A DNA stretch of 64,000 bases, from assembly GCA_050294405.1 (NCBI GenBank), contig JBNKOC010000030.1, forward strand, positions 1-64,000, read 5' to 3'. Source of the stretch: Fibrobacteria bacterium. Its GTDB lineage: Bacteria > Fibrobacterota > Fibrobacteria > UBA11236 > JADFYW01. The notes below the pieces were generated by a model. The model was given only the letters and a program-made list of their open reading frames with translations, had not been told where the DNA came from and searched no databases. This document shows, piece after piece, positions 1-10,850 of the stretch (position 1 is its first letter; each line of letters starts with the position of its first letter). Position numbers and translations under genes: made by a program.

Positions 1-1056
<1,056 letters not shown>

Positions 1057-1165
1057 TTGACTTCCCCAATACATGTATGGGGTTCAGCAAATAGCTAGCT
1101 TCAATTATTTCTGCAAGTTTGTTTTAAATTGCGTAATCGCATGTTGTCTTTATCAGTTAAGTTTT

Positions 1166-1283
1166 TCCTGGTGATTTTTGCGAGAGGGCCACACCTGTTC
1201 CCATTCCGAACACAGTAGTTAAGCCTCTCAGCGCCGATGGTACTTGGGTCATTCTCCCTGGGAGAGTAGGTCGTTGCCAGGAA
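1166..1283 (+). rRNA. rrf: 5S rRNA
   Basis: TCCTGG/CCAGGA terminal helix, CACCTGTTCCCATTCCGAACACAG, GTTAAGC, GCCGATGGTAC, GGGAGAGTAGGTCGTTGCCAGG; follows the 23S gene. Confidence 0.98.
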
Positions 1284-1292
1284 CTAAATTTT

Positions 1293-1325
1293 AAAAAGCC
1301 CCTTATTTTAAGGGGCTTTTTTTTT
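1293..1325 (+). terminator. Intrinsic terminator of the rRNA operon, probably bidirectional
   Basis: AAAAAGCCCCTT-ATTTT-AAGGGGCTTTTT hairpin with T-tract; A-tract on the other side; convergent gene ends at 1348. Confidence 0.9.
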
Positions 1326-1347
1326 GGTTAGAATTATTTTAATGAGT

Positions 1348-1719
1348 CTAAGAAATGAGCCATTCCTTGGCTTTGCTTTCATCGCTAAAAGGCATAGCGT
1401 TTATTCCCGAAAATTTATTAATAGCTTTGAGGAGTATGGCTTTTAACGGGGTGATCCCAATTACCGCTACTTTATTTATGTAAGGCTTACAAGCTATGGA
1501 AGCCTTACGAAATTCCAACTGAGTATGCTGAGTATCCAGTGCATTTGTAACATCAATGAGAAGATTAGTAGAAGGGTCAGCCATATCTTTTATGTACTCT
1601 ACTCCCTCTTTAATTAAGGGAACAGATTCTTCTCCACTCATATTTTTATAATTATTTAATAGGATTTTTTTCCCTCTGTAGGTAATCCATTTGAAATGAG
1701 GGGGGAAGCTTTGTGCCAT
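1348..1719 (-). CDS. Hypothetical protein, STAS/SEC14 (SpoIIAA-like) type
   Basis: 123 aa with LLIDVT, KVAVIG and C-terminal FSDESKAKEWL pattern typical of these small alpha/beta proteins. Confidence 0.65.
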   Translation of the reverse strand: MAQSFPPHFKWITYRGKKILLNNYKNMSGEESVPLIKEGVEYIKDMADPSTNLLIDVTNALDTQHTQLEFRKASIACKPYINKVAVIGITPLKAILLKAINKFSGINAMPFSDESKAKEWLIS

Positions 1720-1775
1720 TTTGATACCGTAGATTTATTATAAGGTAAATGGCGCTTCAATTCAAAAATTAAGAC

Positions 1776-1814
1776 AAAAAAAAGGGCTTGTTAAATACAA
1801 GCCCTTCTTTTTTT
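1776..1814 (-). terminator. Intrinsic terminator after the histone H1-like gene
   Basis: AAGGGCTTG-TTAAATA-CAAGCCCTT stem flanked by A/T tracts, 12 nt past the stop at 1827. Confidence 0.85.
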
Positions 1815-1826
1815 AGAAAAAAACTA

Positions 1827-2120
1827 TTATCTGCCGGATTTAAGCCAGCGAGTGATAGTAAGAGCGGATACTTTGTATTTGCGTACCGCTGCAGCAATAC
1901 CACCAGTGCCTTTTTTCTTGTTAGTAGTTCTAACAAAATTGCACACAGCTTTTTTCTTCGCTTCAGGATAACGAATAGCCTTTTGGCCTTTCTTTGCCCT
2001 TTTAGTAGAAGCTTTTTTAGCTGCTTTTTTTGTGGCTTTCTTTGCAACTTTTTTAGTGGCTTTTTTGGCCGCTTTCTTAGTTGCTTTTTTCTTGGTTGCT
2101 TTTTTCTTTTTTACTGCCAT
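1827..2120 (-). CDS. Highly basic histone H1/Hc-like protein: Lys/Ala repeat tail plus C-terminal HTH-like domain
   Basis: (A/V)(T/A)KK repeats, 23 Lys in the first 48 aa; GGIAAAVRKYKVSALTITRWLK is HTH-like; AAGGA RBS, own promoter and terminator. Confidence 0.85.
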   Translation of the reverse strand: MAVKKKKATKKKATKKAAKKATKKVAKKATKKAAKKASTKRAKKGQKAIRYPEAKKKAVCNFVRTTNKKKGTGGIAAAVRKYKVSALTITRWLKSGR

Positions 2121-2161
2121 ATTTTGTTCCTTTGTTATAACAAAAATGTAATTGAATCATG

Positions 2162-2190
2162 ATTATACACATTTAAATAACACTAGGCAA
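2162..2190 (-). promoter_or_regulatory. sigma70 promoter of the histone-like gene
   Basis: Minus strand TTGCCT-N17-TATAAT with extended -10 TG, about 40 nt upstream of the ATG. Confidence 0.75.
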
Positions 2191-2471
2191 GAAAATTTCA
2201 AAATATTATTGATTTTTTTTAGTTATTAACAAAACATCGTTGTTACTAGAATGTTTTGTATATGAAAAACATACCATCTGATGTACTTTTATACATAATA
2301 TTGCTTTTTTTAATGAAAAAATGGCAAAATCACATGTTTTGTTAGCATACTTGCTTTCATTCTAGCATTCGTTCAAGTAACGCTATTTTGTTTTTATCCA
2401 ACTCATTTTGTCCTTATTTTTATATTTGTGACCTAGGAAAAGATGATTTTTCACCATTTACAGGAGTAAAA

Positions 2472-2897
2472 ATGTATACGGCATTCATAATTTTACATAT
2501 GTTCGGGATCGCCACAGGTGTGGGAGCGGGGTTTGCAATGATGGTATTGGGCAAAGCGACTTCAGATATGGAGCAGCCGGAGCGTGCTAAATATATGCTT
2601 CGGGCTTTTGTTATCAGTAAAATGGGGGCAGTAGGCCTTATATTATTGCTTGTTTCAGGTATCGGCATGCTGTCCATGCGACCCAAGGTTGTTATGGCCA
2701 TGGGCGGAGGTTATTTTCACGCCAAGTTATTTCTTGTTGTGGTATTTATCGGTTTGTTCGGACTTATGCAGGTATGGATTAAAAAGGCCAAGAAGGCAAA
2801 CGGCGGCCCTATTATGGCGAAAATTCCAAAATTAGGTGGCGCTATGCTGCTTACAGCAAGTGTAATTGTAATATTGGCCGGTCTGGCCTTCCATTAA
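2472..2897 (+). CDS. Four-helix membrane protein (CopD/DUF2269-like)
   Basis: ATG at 2472 preceded by AGGAG; four hydrophobic helices, ILH and FHAKL motifs, C-terminal AFH. Confidence 0.7.
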   Translation: MYTAFIILHMFGIATGVGAGFAMMVLGKATSDMEQPERAKYMLRAFVISKMGAVGLILLLVSGIGMLSMRPKVVMAMGGGYFHAKLFLVVVFIGLFGLMQVWIKKAKKANGGPIMAKIPKLGGAMLLTASVIVILAGLAFH

Positions 2898-2909
2898 TAT
2901 TTGCGCAGG

Positions 2910-5300
2910 CTAGCTATCTGCTAATACTTTAATGCAGTTCTCCAGCTCATCAAAATCAATGGGCTTGGAGAGGTAAGCATCAGCACCTAAATCCATAGAC
3001 ATTTTTACTTTGGTATCGTGACTAGCTAAGGCAGTGCAAAGTGCAATTTTTATGGTGTTGTAACCTGGTTCTCCCTTTAAATACTTCACCACCTGCAATC
3101 CGTCCAGCCCCGGAAGCTTTATATCCAGCAAAATTAAATTGGGTTTGAAAGAGCCTATTAAGGTGCAGGCTTCTACGCCATTGGCTGCTGTTTTAACCTG
3201 CACCATTGGAAATTTGTTCAAGATTTTTTTAACTATGATTCCCTGCAAAGTCAAATCGTCTTCGGTTACCAGTATTTTTAGCTCTTTAGAAAGAAACTTT
3301 TTCCCGTCTTTTTTTCCATATTGAAGAATTATGCGGCGGATATCATTTCGAGTAAAGGGTTTTGCTATATAATCATTCATCCCGGCACTTAAGCATATTT
3401 CCATATCTTCTTTCATAGCATTCGCTGTCATAGCTATTATGGGAACTTGATTACCGTCCTGCCGAATTAGCTTGGTAGCATCGATACCGCCTAACTTTGG
3501 CATTTGCATGTCCATGAAAACGAAGTCGAACTGCTCCTGCTTTAAGGCACCCAAACATTCTTCTCCATTTTCAACAAGCCTTACCTTTTGGCCCATTCTT
3601 TCCAGCATCCGTTGTATTAGTTTTTGATTGGTAAAGTTATCTTCGGCAACCAATATATAATTCACTTTAAATTCAGGAACATTTAAGGAATCCTGTGTGG
3701 CTAAATCTGAATTGGAGTTGTCGTCCTTGTGCCGGAAAAGCTTAGCCAGCATATTGTAAAGGTTCTTGTAACCGATGGGTTTCATTAAGTAGCCATCACA
3801 TCGGGATGTTTTCAGATTTTGAATGGTTTCTCTGGTAAAATCAGCTGTGATAGCCAATATTTTTGAAGATTGAGCGATGTTTTCCGTTTTTATTTGTTCT
3901 AGAAAATCAAAACCATTTTCATTTGGCATCATTATATCGAGTAATATCAGGTCAAAATTGTGAAGTTTACATAGTTTTTTTGCTTCTGGTACTGAGCCAG
4001 ACTCAGTGACAGCAAGACCTAATTTTTCTGAATGGTGTTTCAAAATGCGGATGGAAAGGGGGTTGTCATCTACTATCAGACAGCTTTTACCTTCCAACTC
4101 CAGTGGAGTTATACCAACTTCGCTATTGTAACTGGGTATTTTATGCTTAGGCAAATTGACGGAGAAATAAAAAATGCTTCCGTTCCCAGGTTCGCTGCTT
4201 ACTTTTAACTCACCGCCCATAAGGGATATAAAATTTTTACTAATAGTAAGTCCAAGCCCTGTACCTCCATATTTTCTGGTGGTGGAACTATCCGCCTGGG
4301 TAAAAGCCTGAAATATTTCGTTGGCCTGGCTTTGCGTCATTCCGATACCAGTATCCTGTATTTCAAATTTTATTTGAATGTCATCGTCGCTTTCAGAATC
4401 CACAGTGAGCCGGGTTAGTATATATCCCCTGTCTGTAAACTTTATGGCATTGCTAAGTAAGTTAAGCAAAACCTGCTTGAGACGCGTGGGATCTCCCATA
4501 ACACTGGCGTATATTTCACCAATATCCACCAACATTTCCACAGGCTTGGAGAGAACCTTGCTCCGGACAACCTCATTTACTTCGTAAACCAGTTCTTCCA
4601 CATTAAAGGGAACAGATTCCAGGGAAATTTTATTAGCTTCCAGTTTGGATAAATCCAGGATATCGTTCACCAAGTTTAAAAGAGATTCACCGCAATTTTT
4701 TATGGTATGCACAGTATCATAAATATCATCGGGAATTTTTTGATCCATTAGCAGTTCTGTAAAACCAATAATGCCGTTTAAAGGGGTGCGGATTTCGTGG
4801 CTCATGTTAGCCAAAAAGCGGCTTTTAATTTTGGTGGCTTTATCGGCTTCTTGCCTGGCTTTATTGGCGTTGTAAAAAGTTTTGACTAAATAGTCTTCTC
4901 GTTTTTTTTGCAGGGATAAGTCCTCGAGCAAACACAAAAAATATTTCTGATTTATTATCTCAATTGGAACCAATAACAAAGACATAGGAAAACTTTTTCC
5001 CTCTGTATTTTTTCCAGGAAGTTTTAATTCATTGCCCAATAATTTTTCCGGATCGCCGGATTCGGGTTGGCTAAAAATTTTACCGACCTGCTCATCAAAA
5101 GGGGGAAGTAAAAATTGAGTAAAATTAAGACCATCGGAGCTTTCCAGAGGTATTTTAAATAATTCGCTGGCGGAGCGGGAAGGGCATAAAATTTCACCGC
5201 TACCGCTTAAAATGAGCACAGGATGTTTGCTGGACACAAGCAATGCTTCCAACAAGGATTCTGCCTGAATGGCCTCTGAAAGGAGGTTTTGAATTTTCAC
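2910..5300 (-). CDS. Cytoplasmic hybrid sensor histidine kinase: PAS-like, HisKA, HATPase and three receiver domains
   Basis: [41 protein letters not shown] motifs LLDIMMP, FMDMQMP, LLDIKLP; likely GTG start. Confidence 0.95.
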   Translation of the reverse strand: MKIQNLLSEAIQAESLLEALLVSSKHPVLILSGSGEILCPSRSASELFKIPLESSDGLNFTQFLLPPFDEQVGKIFSQPESGDPEKLLGNELKLPGKNTEGKSFPMSLLLVPIEIINQKYFLCLLEDLSLQKKREDYLVKTFYNANKARQEADKATKIKSRFLANMSHEIRTPLNGIIGFTELLMDQKIPDDIYDTVHTIKNCGESLLNLVNDILDLSKLEANKISLESVPFNVEELVYEVNEVVRSKVLSKPVEMLVDIGEIYASVMGDPTRLKQVLLNLLSNAIKFTDRGYILTRLTVDSESDDDIQIKFEIQDTGIGMTQSQANEIFQAFTQADSSTTRKYGGTGLGLTISKNFISLMGGELKVSSEPGNGSIFYFSVNLPKHKIPSYNSEVGITPLELEGKSCLIVDDNPLSIRILKHHSEKLGLAVTESGSVPEAKKLCKLHNFDLILLDIMMPNENGFDFLEQIKTENIAQSSKILAITADFTRETIQNLKTSRCDGYLMKPIGYKNLYNMLAKLFRHKDDNSNSDLATQDSLNVPEFKVNYILVAEDNFTNQKLIQRMLERMGQKVRLVENGEECLGALKQEQFDFVFMDMQMPKLGGIDATKLIRQDGNQVPIIAMTANAMKEDMEICLSAGMNDYIAKPFTRNDIRRIILQYGKKDGKKFLSKELKILVTEDDLTLQGIIVKKILNKFPMVQVKTAANGVEACTLIGSFKPNLILLDIKLPGLDGLQVVKYLKGEPGYNTIKIALCTALASHDTKVKMSMDLGADAYLSKPIDFDELENCIKVLADS

Positions 5301-5406
5301 CTGATTGCTGTGCCTTTGAAATATTCCGCGACCTATTAATTTTATACTTAGCCGTGGGTAAATTCAATCCAGAACTGATAGTATCTCAAAAAGGGAGAAG
5401 GAATAA

Positions 5407-5871
5407 ATGGAAAATGCAGTTATTAATCAAATATCCAGTATACTTCTTTATCGGGAAAGGCTTTTTCAATTGATTTCTGAGCTACCAAATGAAAAGCTGG
5501 AGGTTATTCCCGATGGTCATAAAAACAACATTATATGGAATTTTGGGCATATTTTGTCTACCCAACAATTGCTTAATTATGCGCGGAGCGGTCTTGATAC
5601 TTTGGTTCCTGAACATTTATTGACTCCCTTTCGTAAAGGGACATTTCCCGAAAAAGGCATGTCTTCTCTTTTGCCTGAACTCCAGAAGTTTTGGCTTCCT
5701 ACCTTGGAGCGCTTAAAAAAAGACTATGTGGAAAAGAGATTTGAGAATTTTGAGTCTTATACCACTAGCGCAGGTATCCCTTTAAATTGTATTGAAGATG
5801 CGATTTTTTTCGACTCTATCCATGAGTCTTTGCATCAGGGAATGATTCTTTCCATGATGAAAGATCTATAG
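5407..5871 (+). CDS. DinB family protein
   Basis: NNIIWNFGH and C-terminal HESLHQG metal-binding His motifs. Confidence 0.85.
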   Translation: MENAVINQISSILLYRERLFQLISELPNEKLEVIPDGHKNNIIWNFGHILSTQQLLNYARSGLDTLVPEHLLTPFRKGTFPEKGMSSLLPELQKFWLPTLERLKKDYVEKRFENFESYTTSAGIPLNCIEDAIFFDSIHESLHQGMILSMMKDL

Positions 5872-5875
5872 GAAG

Positions 5876-6352
5876 CTAGTCGTACCATATATCCAGGACT
5901 TCGAATTTAAAAGGTCCTTTAGGCAACTTTACTTCCACAATATCTCCTTTTTGCCTACCCTTTAGTGCCTGGCCAATGGGGGAACTTAAAGTTATCAGGT
6001 TTTGCATTATATCCAATTCGTCAGGGCCCACAATTTGGTATTCCAAAATTTTCCCCAGATTGTTTTTGAGCTTAACATGCGCCCCAAAAAATATTTTTTC
6101 TGTGTTTACCGGGCGCTCTTCCACAATAATTACTTCGTCCAAACGCTTTTGCAACCAGCGAATACGCTTGTCTATTTCCCTTAGCTTTTTTTTGCCGAAT
6201 ATGTATTCGGCATTTTCACTTCTGTCTCCCATGGCGGCGGCTTCGGCTACGGCCTGGGTTAGTTTGGGGCGTTCTACTTTCCAGAGTTGCTCCAACTCTT
6301 TTTGAAGGTTGAGGGCCCCTGATTTTGTGATGTGTATTTTAGAGGAGTTCAT
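5876..6352 (-). CDS. greB: Transcription elongation factor GreB
   Basis: LWKVERP, AAAMGDRSENAEYIFGKKKLREIDKRIR, SPIGQAL. Confidence 0.95.
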   Translation of the reverse strand: MNSSKIHITKSGALNLQKELEQLWKVERPKLTQAVAEAAAMGDRSENAEYIFGKKKLREIDKRIRWLQKRLDEVIIVEERPVNTEKIFFGAHVKLKNNLGKILEYQIVGPDELDIMQNLITLSSPIGQALKGRQKGDIVEVKLPKGPFKFEVLDIWYD

Positions 6353-6358
6353 AAGTAT

Positions 6359-7309
6359 TTATAAAAGCTTAAAGCTAAATAATATCCAGATATAAATGGG
6401 GAGGGTTATGGCGGAAAATAAGTTGGAACTCATGCAATACAAACTGATTAACTTGGAATCTCCCCCATATAATGTTACCAGGGCAATGGTACCAATGCTT
6501 GCTGGCATAACAGCCTCCACCAGCAAAATTTTTGAAACGGTCCCCGGATTAAGAAAAAAAGCGATGACAGCAACCCACAAAATTGGCAAGATTAAGCTGC
6601 GCAACAAATAAGAGTAAAACATAGAGGGCCCGGTCATATCTTTCCAATGCAATCCCTTTAGGGCAGGCTGCAAAATAGCCCCAAAGCAAAATAGTCCAAA
6701 GGGAAGGGTTATCATGGCTGGAATATGAGTGGCTGTAATGGCCCAACTTGGTAAATCGTAGGGCAGAAATAAAGTTAAAGGCAAACAAATTAATATGGCG
6801 CTGAAAGGAGGGTTGAATATTTCTTTCCAGGGAATGTTTTTTATGGATGGTTTTTGCAAAATAAATACGCCCAGAGACCAAAACAGCGCATCGCATATAA
6901 AGGTGAAAAAAAATAAAAGCGCCAAATATTTAGGAGGAAATAAACTTTGGATAATGGGAAAGGCCATAAGGGCGTAATTGTGAAAACCAGTCATTAACAC
7001 AAAGGTTTTTATTTGTGGTTGAGGCAACTTTTTTAATTTTGCTGTGAAAAAAGAAATGGCCGTGGATACCGTTACCATTATAAAAGCGCCTAAGGCCAAA
7101 TACAGAAGGCTATGGAGGTCATCCCAATTAATGTGAATCAGGATGTTGCGGCCAATTAAAAGAGGAAGTAAAAAGCCAATATAGCCCCGCTTTAGCATGA
7201 CTCTCAGAGTTTTTACCGGTATGCTGAAAAAGCTAACGGAAAAAAAACCCAGCAACATCCAGGAAAAGACATTGAGGCAAAGGGTTGTGATGATTTCCCA
7301 ACTGGTCAT
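6359..7309 (-). CDS. AEC (auxin efflux carrier) family transporter
   Basis: About 10 TM helices, FHNYALMAFP, IFNPPF, EAVMP motifs. Confidence 0.85.
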   Translation of the reverse strand: MTSWEIITTLCLNVFSWMLLGFFSVSFFSIPVKTLRVMLKRGYIGFLLPLLIGRNILIHINWDDLHSLLYLALGAFIMVTVSTAISFFTAKLKKLPQPQIKTFVLMTGFHNYALMAFPIIQSLFPPKYLALLFFFTFICDALFWSLGVFILQKPSIKNIPWKEIFNPPFSAILICLPLTLFLPYDLPSWAITATHIPAMITLPFGLFCFGAILQPALKGLHWKDMTGPSMFYSYLLRSLILPILWVAVIAFFLNPGTVSKILLVEAVMPASIGTIALVTLYGGDSKLISLYCMSSNLFSAITLPIYIWILFSFKLL

Positions 7310-7365
7310 GGGCTAAATGTATAAAGCTAAGCTGGTATTTGGCACTACCCTGAAAAATTTAGCAA

Positions 7366-8250
7366 CTACAAATATTTTTTTAGCCAGGATATTTGTTTTG
7401 AAAATAGCTCATTAAAAAGCGGGCCTTCGTAAACTTCGTAATGACTGGCGTTGGGAACAATAAAAAGCTCTTTGGGTTCGGGGCTTTTTTCAAATAAAAT
7501 TTGGGATTCAGATAAAGGGTTTACAGAATCCTTCTCCGCGGCGCATATTAAAATGGGCTGCTTAAGTTTAGAAAGCTGCTCTTCAGGGTTATGCCCCATG
7601 GTTTCTTTAAGGGTTAAAAAGGGAATTTTAATATTTAACTGAGGAAAGATATCCTTTTTTTCCTGATAAAATTCCAGGGATTGGGCATCTGTTAATACCT
7701 TGGCAATGGGAACTAACATATTTTTGTTTTGCAGCACCAGTTTAGTTTCAATTTTTTTAAGGGTGGCTTCTAATTTTTCCAGCTCGTCTCTGTTCATTTC
7801 TCCAGTTATCACCCTGCGACCGCTGGCAAAGGTCAGTTGGACAATTAAACTTTTTACCCGGTTGTCTTGGGAAGCTACCATTACGGCATTAGCCCCGCCA
7901 AAAGAGGTTCCCCATAGATGTATGTTATTGGGATCTATTTCCTTTTGAGCTTCCATAAATGTGATGGCGTTTTTTATATCCTGAATTTGCAGTGTGGGAG
8001 AAAGCTTACCAGCTTCCCCTTCGCTTTCTCCAAAACCCCGGTAATCGAAAACCAATACTCCTAATCCATTTTGGGCAAAGTGGTTGGCGAAATTGGGCAA
8101 GAGCAATTCTTTGAACCCGGCAAAGCCATGGCAAAGTACCATTCCTGGAATGGGGCTGCCCCCATCCGTATTGGGGGGAAGGTAATAGTGCCCTTTGATT
8201 AACTTTCCTTCGGAATAAAACTCAATATCCTGCCTGCTGCAATCGGCCAT
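7366..8250 (-). CDS. Alpha/beta hydrolase, resembling the UilS-type AHL-degrading hydrolases
   Basis: CHGFAG, FDYRGFGESEG, nucleophile elbow GTSFGG, DSVNP and SHYEVY catalytic Asp/His. Confidence 0.85.
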   Translation of the reverse strand: MADCSRQDIEFYSEGKLIKGHYYLPPNTDGGSPIPGMVLCHGFAGFKELLLPNFANHFAQNGLGVLVFDYRGFGESEGEAGKLSPTLQIQDIKNAITFMEAQKEIDPNNIHLWGTSFGGANAVMVASQDNRVKSLIVQLTFASGRRVITGEMNRDELEKLEATLKKIETKLVLQNKNMLVPIAKVLTDAQSLEFYQEKKDIFPQLNIKIPFLTLKETMGHNPEEQLSKLKQPILICAAEKDSVNPLSESQILFEKSPEPKELFIVPNASHYEVYEGPLFNELFSKQISWLKKYL

Positions 8251-8424
8251 TATACCCTCACAAATTATAAAGCTTGCTAATGTAACTATTTCAGGGGGCT
8301 TAATTTAATAAAAATTGGAGCTTTTTTAGGAATATTTTCCCAAGACCATCCTCCGGTTTTTACTCTCACATTGACATAATTATTTAAATTAGGAATGGGG
8401 GCCATAAACCAGTAAGGAGAGGCA

Positions 8425-9870
8425 TTGGTTATGGGGAATTGTAAACAAAACTATGCAGCTCTTGTAAAGCTGTTAATCGCCGTGGGTATTTTTCAAAACT
8501 CCTGGTCGCAAATTATTCCTCTTAAAATATCAGGCCCTGTGGATAACAGGATAGATATTCTATACATTGCCGAAGGTTTCACAGAAAACCAAATGGAAAG
8601 CTTTGCCGGGATAGCCCGTTTGGCCATGGAATATCGGGATAGTGCTCCCCTTGCTGAACCCTTTAATCGTTATGGCAAATTTATGAATTACTACAGGATT
8701 GATGTTATAAGCCCCGAGGAGGGTATTACAGTTTGCAATGGGCCTGTGGTAAACAACCTTTTTGAAGGGAAAGGAGATTGCGATAGATTGGGAACGGTTA
8801 CCCAAAGGTTGGTGGATAATTTTATCCAGCAGCAATATATGGAGGAAGGATATACGCCCGATTGGGTGAACGTTATTTTAAATTCCGAAGGCTATTACAA
8901 TAGTGGGGGAAAGTACTGTGTATTTTCTAAAAACTATTACGATGAAATAGCCCTTCACGAAGGGGGGCATTCGTTTCACAATTTAGCCGATGAGTATGGT
9001 GGAAGTAGCCCCGTTCCAAATAGTATAAGCAATATAAATATGGCCGTAAGTGAGCAGGATGCGCAAAATAAATGGGGCCATTGGATGGGCTATATTCAAA
9101 AAGGCTTTCGCGGCAACCAATCTAATCAGGTTATATCCGTGGAAACAGACATTTATGAGGGAGGTTATTATACGGATGTGGGCACCTATAGGCCAACTCC
9201 CAATAGCAAAATGAATCTGGTTCCCGATCCCTATAATATGCCCAGTATTGAAAAAATAATTTTGGATATTTACGATATTGTGGACCCGGTGGATGAACAC
9301 CTGGACAGCCAACAAAGTCTAATAAATCCAGAATCCCTTTGGGTTAAAGTGATTGACCCTGAAGTGCTTAAGGTGGATTGGTATATGGATGGGGAATTGT
9401 TGCAGGAAAATGGGGGAGAGGTGCTTTATTTGCAAAAGTTTGGTGCTACTGCAGGCAGCCATGTAGTTAAAGCATATGTATATGATGAAATTATTTTGTA
9501 CGCCAATTCAGATAACAACAATCCTGATAGTCTGGACTGGGTGCGTAAAGGTTTGGAAAAACTGCAGCAAGAAATTATTTGGGAAGTTGAATTGGAAAAC
9601 GATATTATTGCGGCCCAAAATATTCCTCATCAACAGCTCTTTAGCCTGAGAGCTCTTGAGCAGGGCGCTGTGGAAATATGGAATGCTTCTGCGTTAGAAA
9701 CTAATGTGGAATTATTTGTTATTAGCGGAAAAAGCCTGGGTTCCTGGTTACTATCACCCCGGGAGCGTAAAATCGTTAACTTAAACGAAAAAAGTTCCAA
9801 TATGCTTTTTTTTTCAGGCAGTCAAATGGGGACGGTGTATAGAGGGCGTTTTATGATTCCATTTATGTAG
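8425..9870 (+). CDS. Secreted M64 (IgA peptidase-like) zinc metallopeptidase with C-terminal sorting-like domain
   Basis: Signal peptide, NRIDILYIAEGFT, HEGGHSFHNLADEY, YEGGYY, YRPTPNSKM; start could be ATG at 8431. Confidence 0.88.
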   Translation: MVMGNCKQNYAALVKLLIAVGIFQNSWSQIIPLKISGPVDNRIDILYIAEGFTENQMESFAGIARLAMEYRDSAPLAEPFNRYGKFMNYYRIDVISPEEGITVCNGPVVNNLFEGKGDCDRLGTVTQRLVDNFIQQQYMEEGYTPDWVNVILNSEGYYNSGGKYCVFSKNYYDEIALHEGGHSFHNLADEYGGSSPVPNSISNINMAVSEQDAQNKWGHWMGYIQKGFRGNQSNQVISVETDIYEGGYYTDVGTYRPTPNSKMNLVPDPYNMPSIEKIILDIYDIVDPVDEHLDSQQSLINPESLWVKVIDPEVLKVDWYMDGELLQENGGEVLYLQKFGATAGSHVVKAYVYDEIILYANSDNNNPDSLDWVRKGLEKLQQEIIWEVELENDIIAAQNIPHQQLFSLRALEQGAVEIWNASALETNVELFVISGKSLGSWLLSPRERKIVNLNEKSSNMLFFSGSQMGTVYRGRFMIPFM

Positions 9871-9902
9871 AGGCGGGTTTTAAAAAAATGAAAGGTCCTC
9901 TT

Positions 9903-10847
9903 TTAATGCCTATTTAGGTCTGCAACGAGTTGTTTGGAAAACATAATTGCCCCTCGTTGATTCAAATGATCGCAGTTTTTAAAAAGCTTGGGATTGTCCG
10001 AATTCCAGTTGGAATAATCCATTATGGGGTATTCTGGAAATCGAGCCAATAACTCCTTGGCCTGGTGGAGAGAATACTGGGACTTAAAATCCAGGTACTC
10101 TTTGGCGACTGGGTATTTGATGAAAATAATTTCAATTCCATTTTGCTTACAAAGTTCAATGATTTTTAAAAAAATGGTTTCTGTGCTTTTTACATACGGT
10201 TCGGAATAGTGCTCTTTGGCCCGGAGTTTTGAATCGCGCCTGCGCTCTTCTGGGCTTAATTTTTCCCAGTAGTCGTTATATTTCATTTTGGATATTTTTT
10301 TAACTTCCCCACTGCTTAAAGAAGATAAGGTTAAATCCTTAAAAAATTTGCGGCGAAATATTTGCAAGTTCCCCTGATAGGTTAAGGGGAAATAATAGGA
10401 AAATTTGTTTTTTAAAAACTCCAGAAAGTTTAAATCGAATAAATCCCGGGCTGTCGCATAGTCGCTAAAACGCATGGCCTGTAACACATTGCTTTGCCCG
10501 GAACGATACAAACTAAAAGAATGTTCACCCACTTCCAATATTAGGGTTTTAAATTTTTTATTGCGAATTACATATCCCAATTTCACTAACATATTTTTGT
10601 AATTGTCGCTGCCCTCGGCAAAGTTAAAAAAGGCCCCCTCAAGAGAAGCCGTATCGCGAAATTTTTCCGCATGGGAGTCTCCTAAAACAAGGAACTCAAA
10701 GGGACGTTCCTCCATGATTTTTGGAAAGAGTTTGCTTTTTGTGAGTCTGGTTTCAAAAAATGGGTCAAATCTGGCCGATACCAGAAAAAATATGGCGGCC
10801 ATTCCCAGGGAAAAAAAAGAAAATTTAAACCAAAAACCTTTATACAT
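9903..10847 (-). CDS. SGNH-like periplasmic partner of the MBOAT O-acyltransferase
   Basis: N-terminal anchor, LGDSH, C-terminal CDHLN; 3 nt downstream of the MBOAT gene. Confidence 0.7.
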   Translation of the reverse strand: MYKGFWFKFSFFSLGMAAIFFLVSARFDPFFETRLTKSKLFPKIMEERPFEFLVLGDSHAEKFRDTASLEGAFFNFAEGSDNYKNMLVKLGYVIRNKKFKTLILEVGEHSFSLYRSGQSNVLQAMRFSDYATARDLFDLNFLEFLKNKFSYYFPLTYQGNLQIFRRKFFKDLTLSSLSSGEVKKISKMKYNDYWEKLSPEERRRDSKLRAKEHYSEPYVKSTETIFLKIIELCKQNGIEIIFIKYPVAKEYLDFKSQYSLHQAKELLARFPEYPIMDYSNWNSDNPKLFKNCDHLNQRGAIMFSKQLVADLNRH

Positions 10848-10850
10848 AGC

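Noticed and set aside
1769..2162. ORFs 1769..2047 (-) and 1788..2162 (+)
   Set aside because: Alternative-frame artefacts of the low-complexity Lys/Ala repeat; only 1827..2120 has a promoter, RBS and terminator
2229..2259. ACAAAACAT-N13-ATGTTTTGT inverted repeat between divergent genes
   Set aside because: AT-rich arms in an AT-rich region; could be chance
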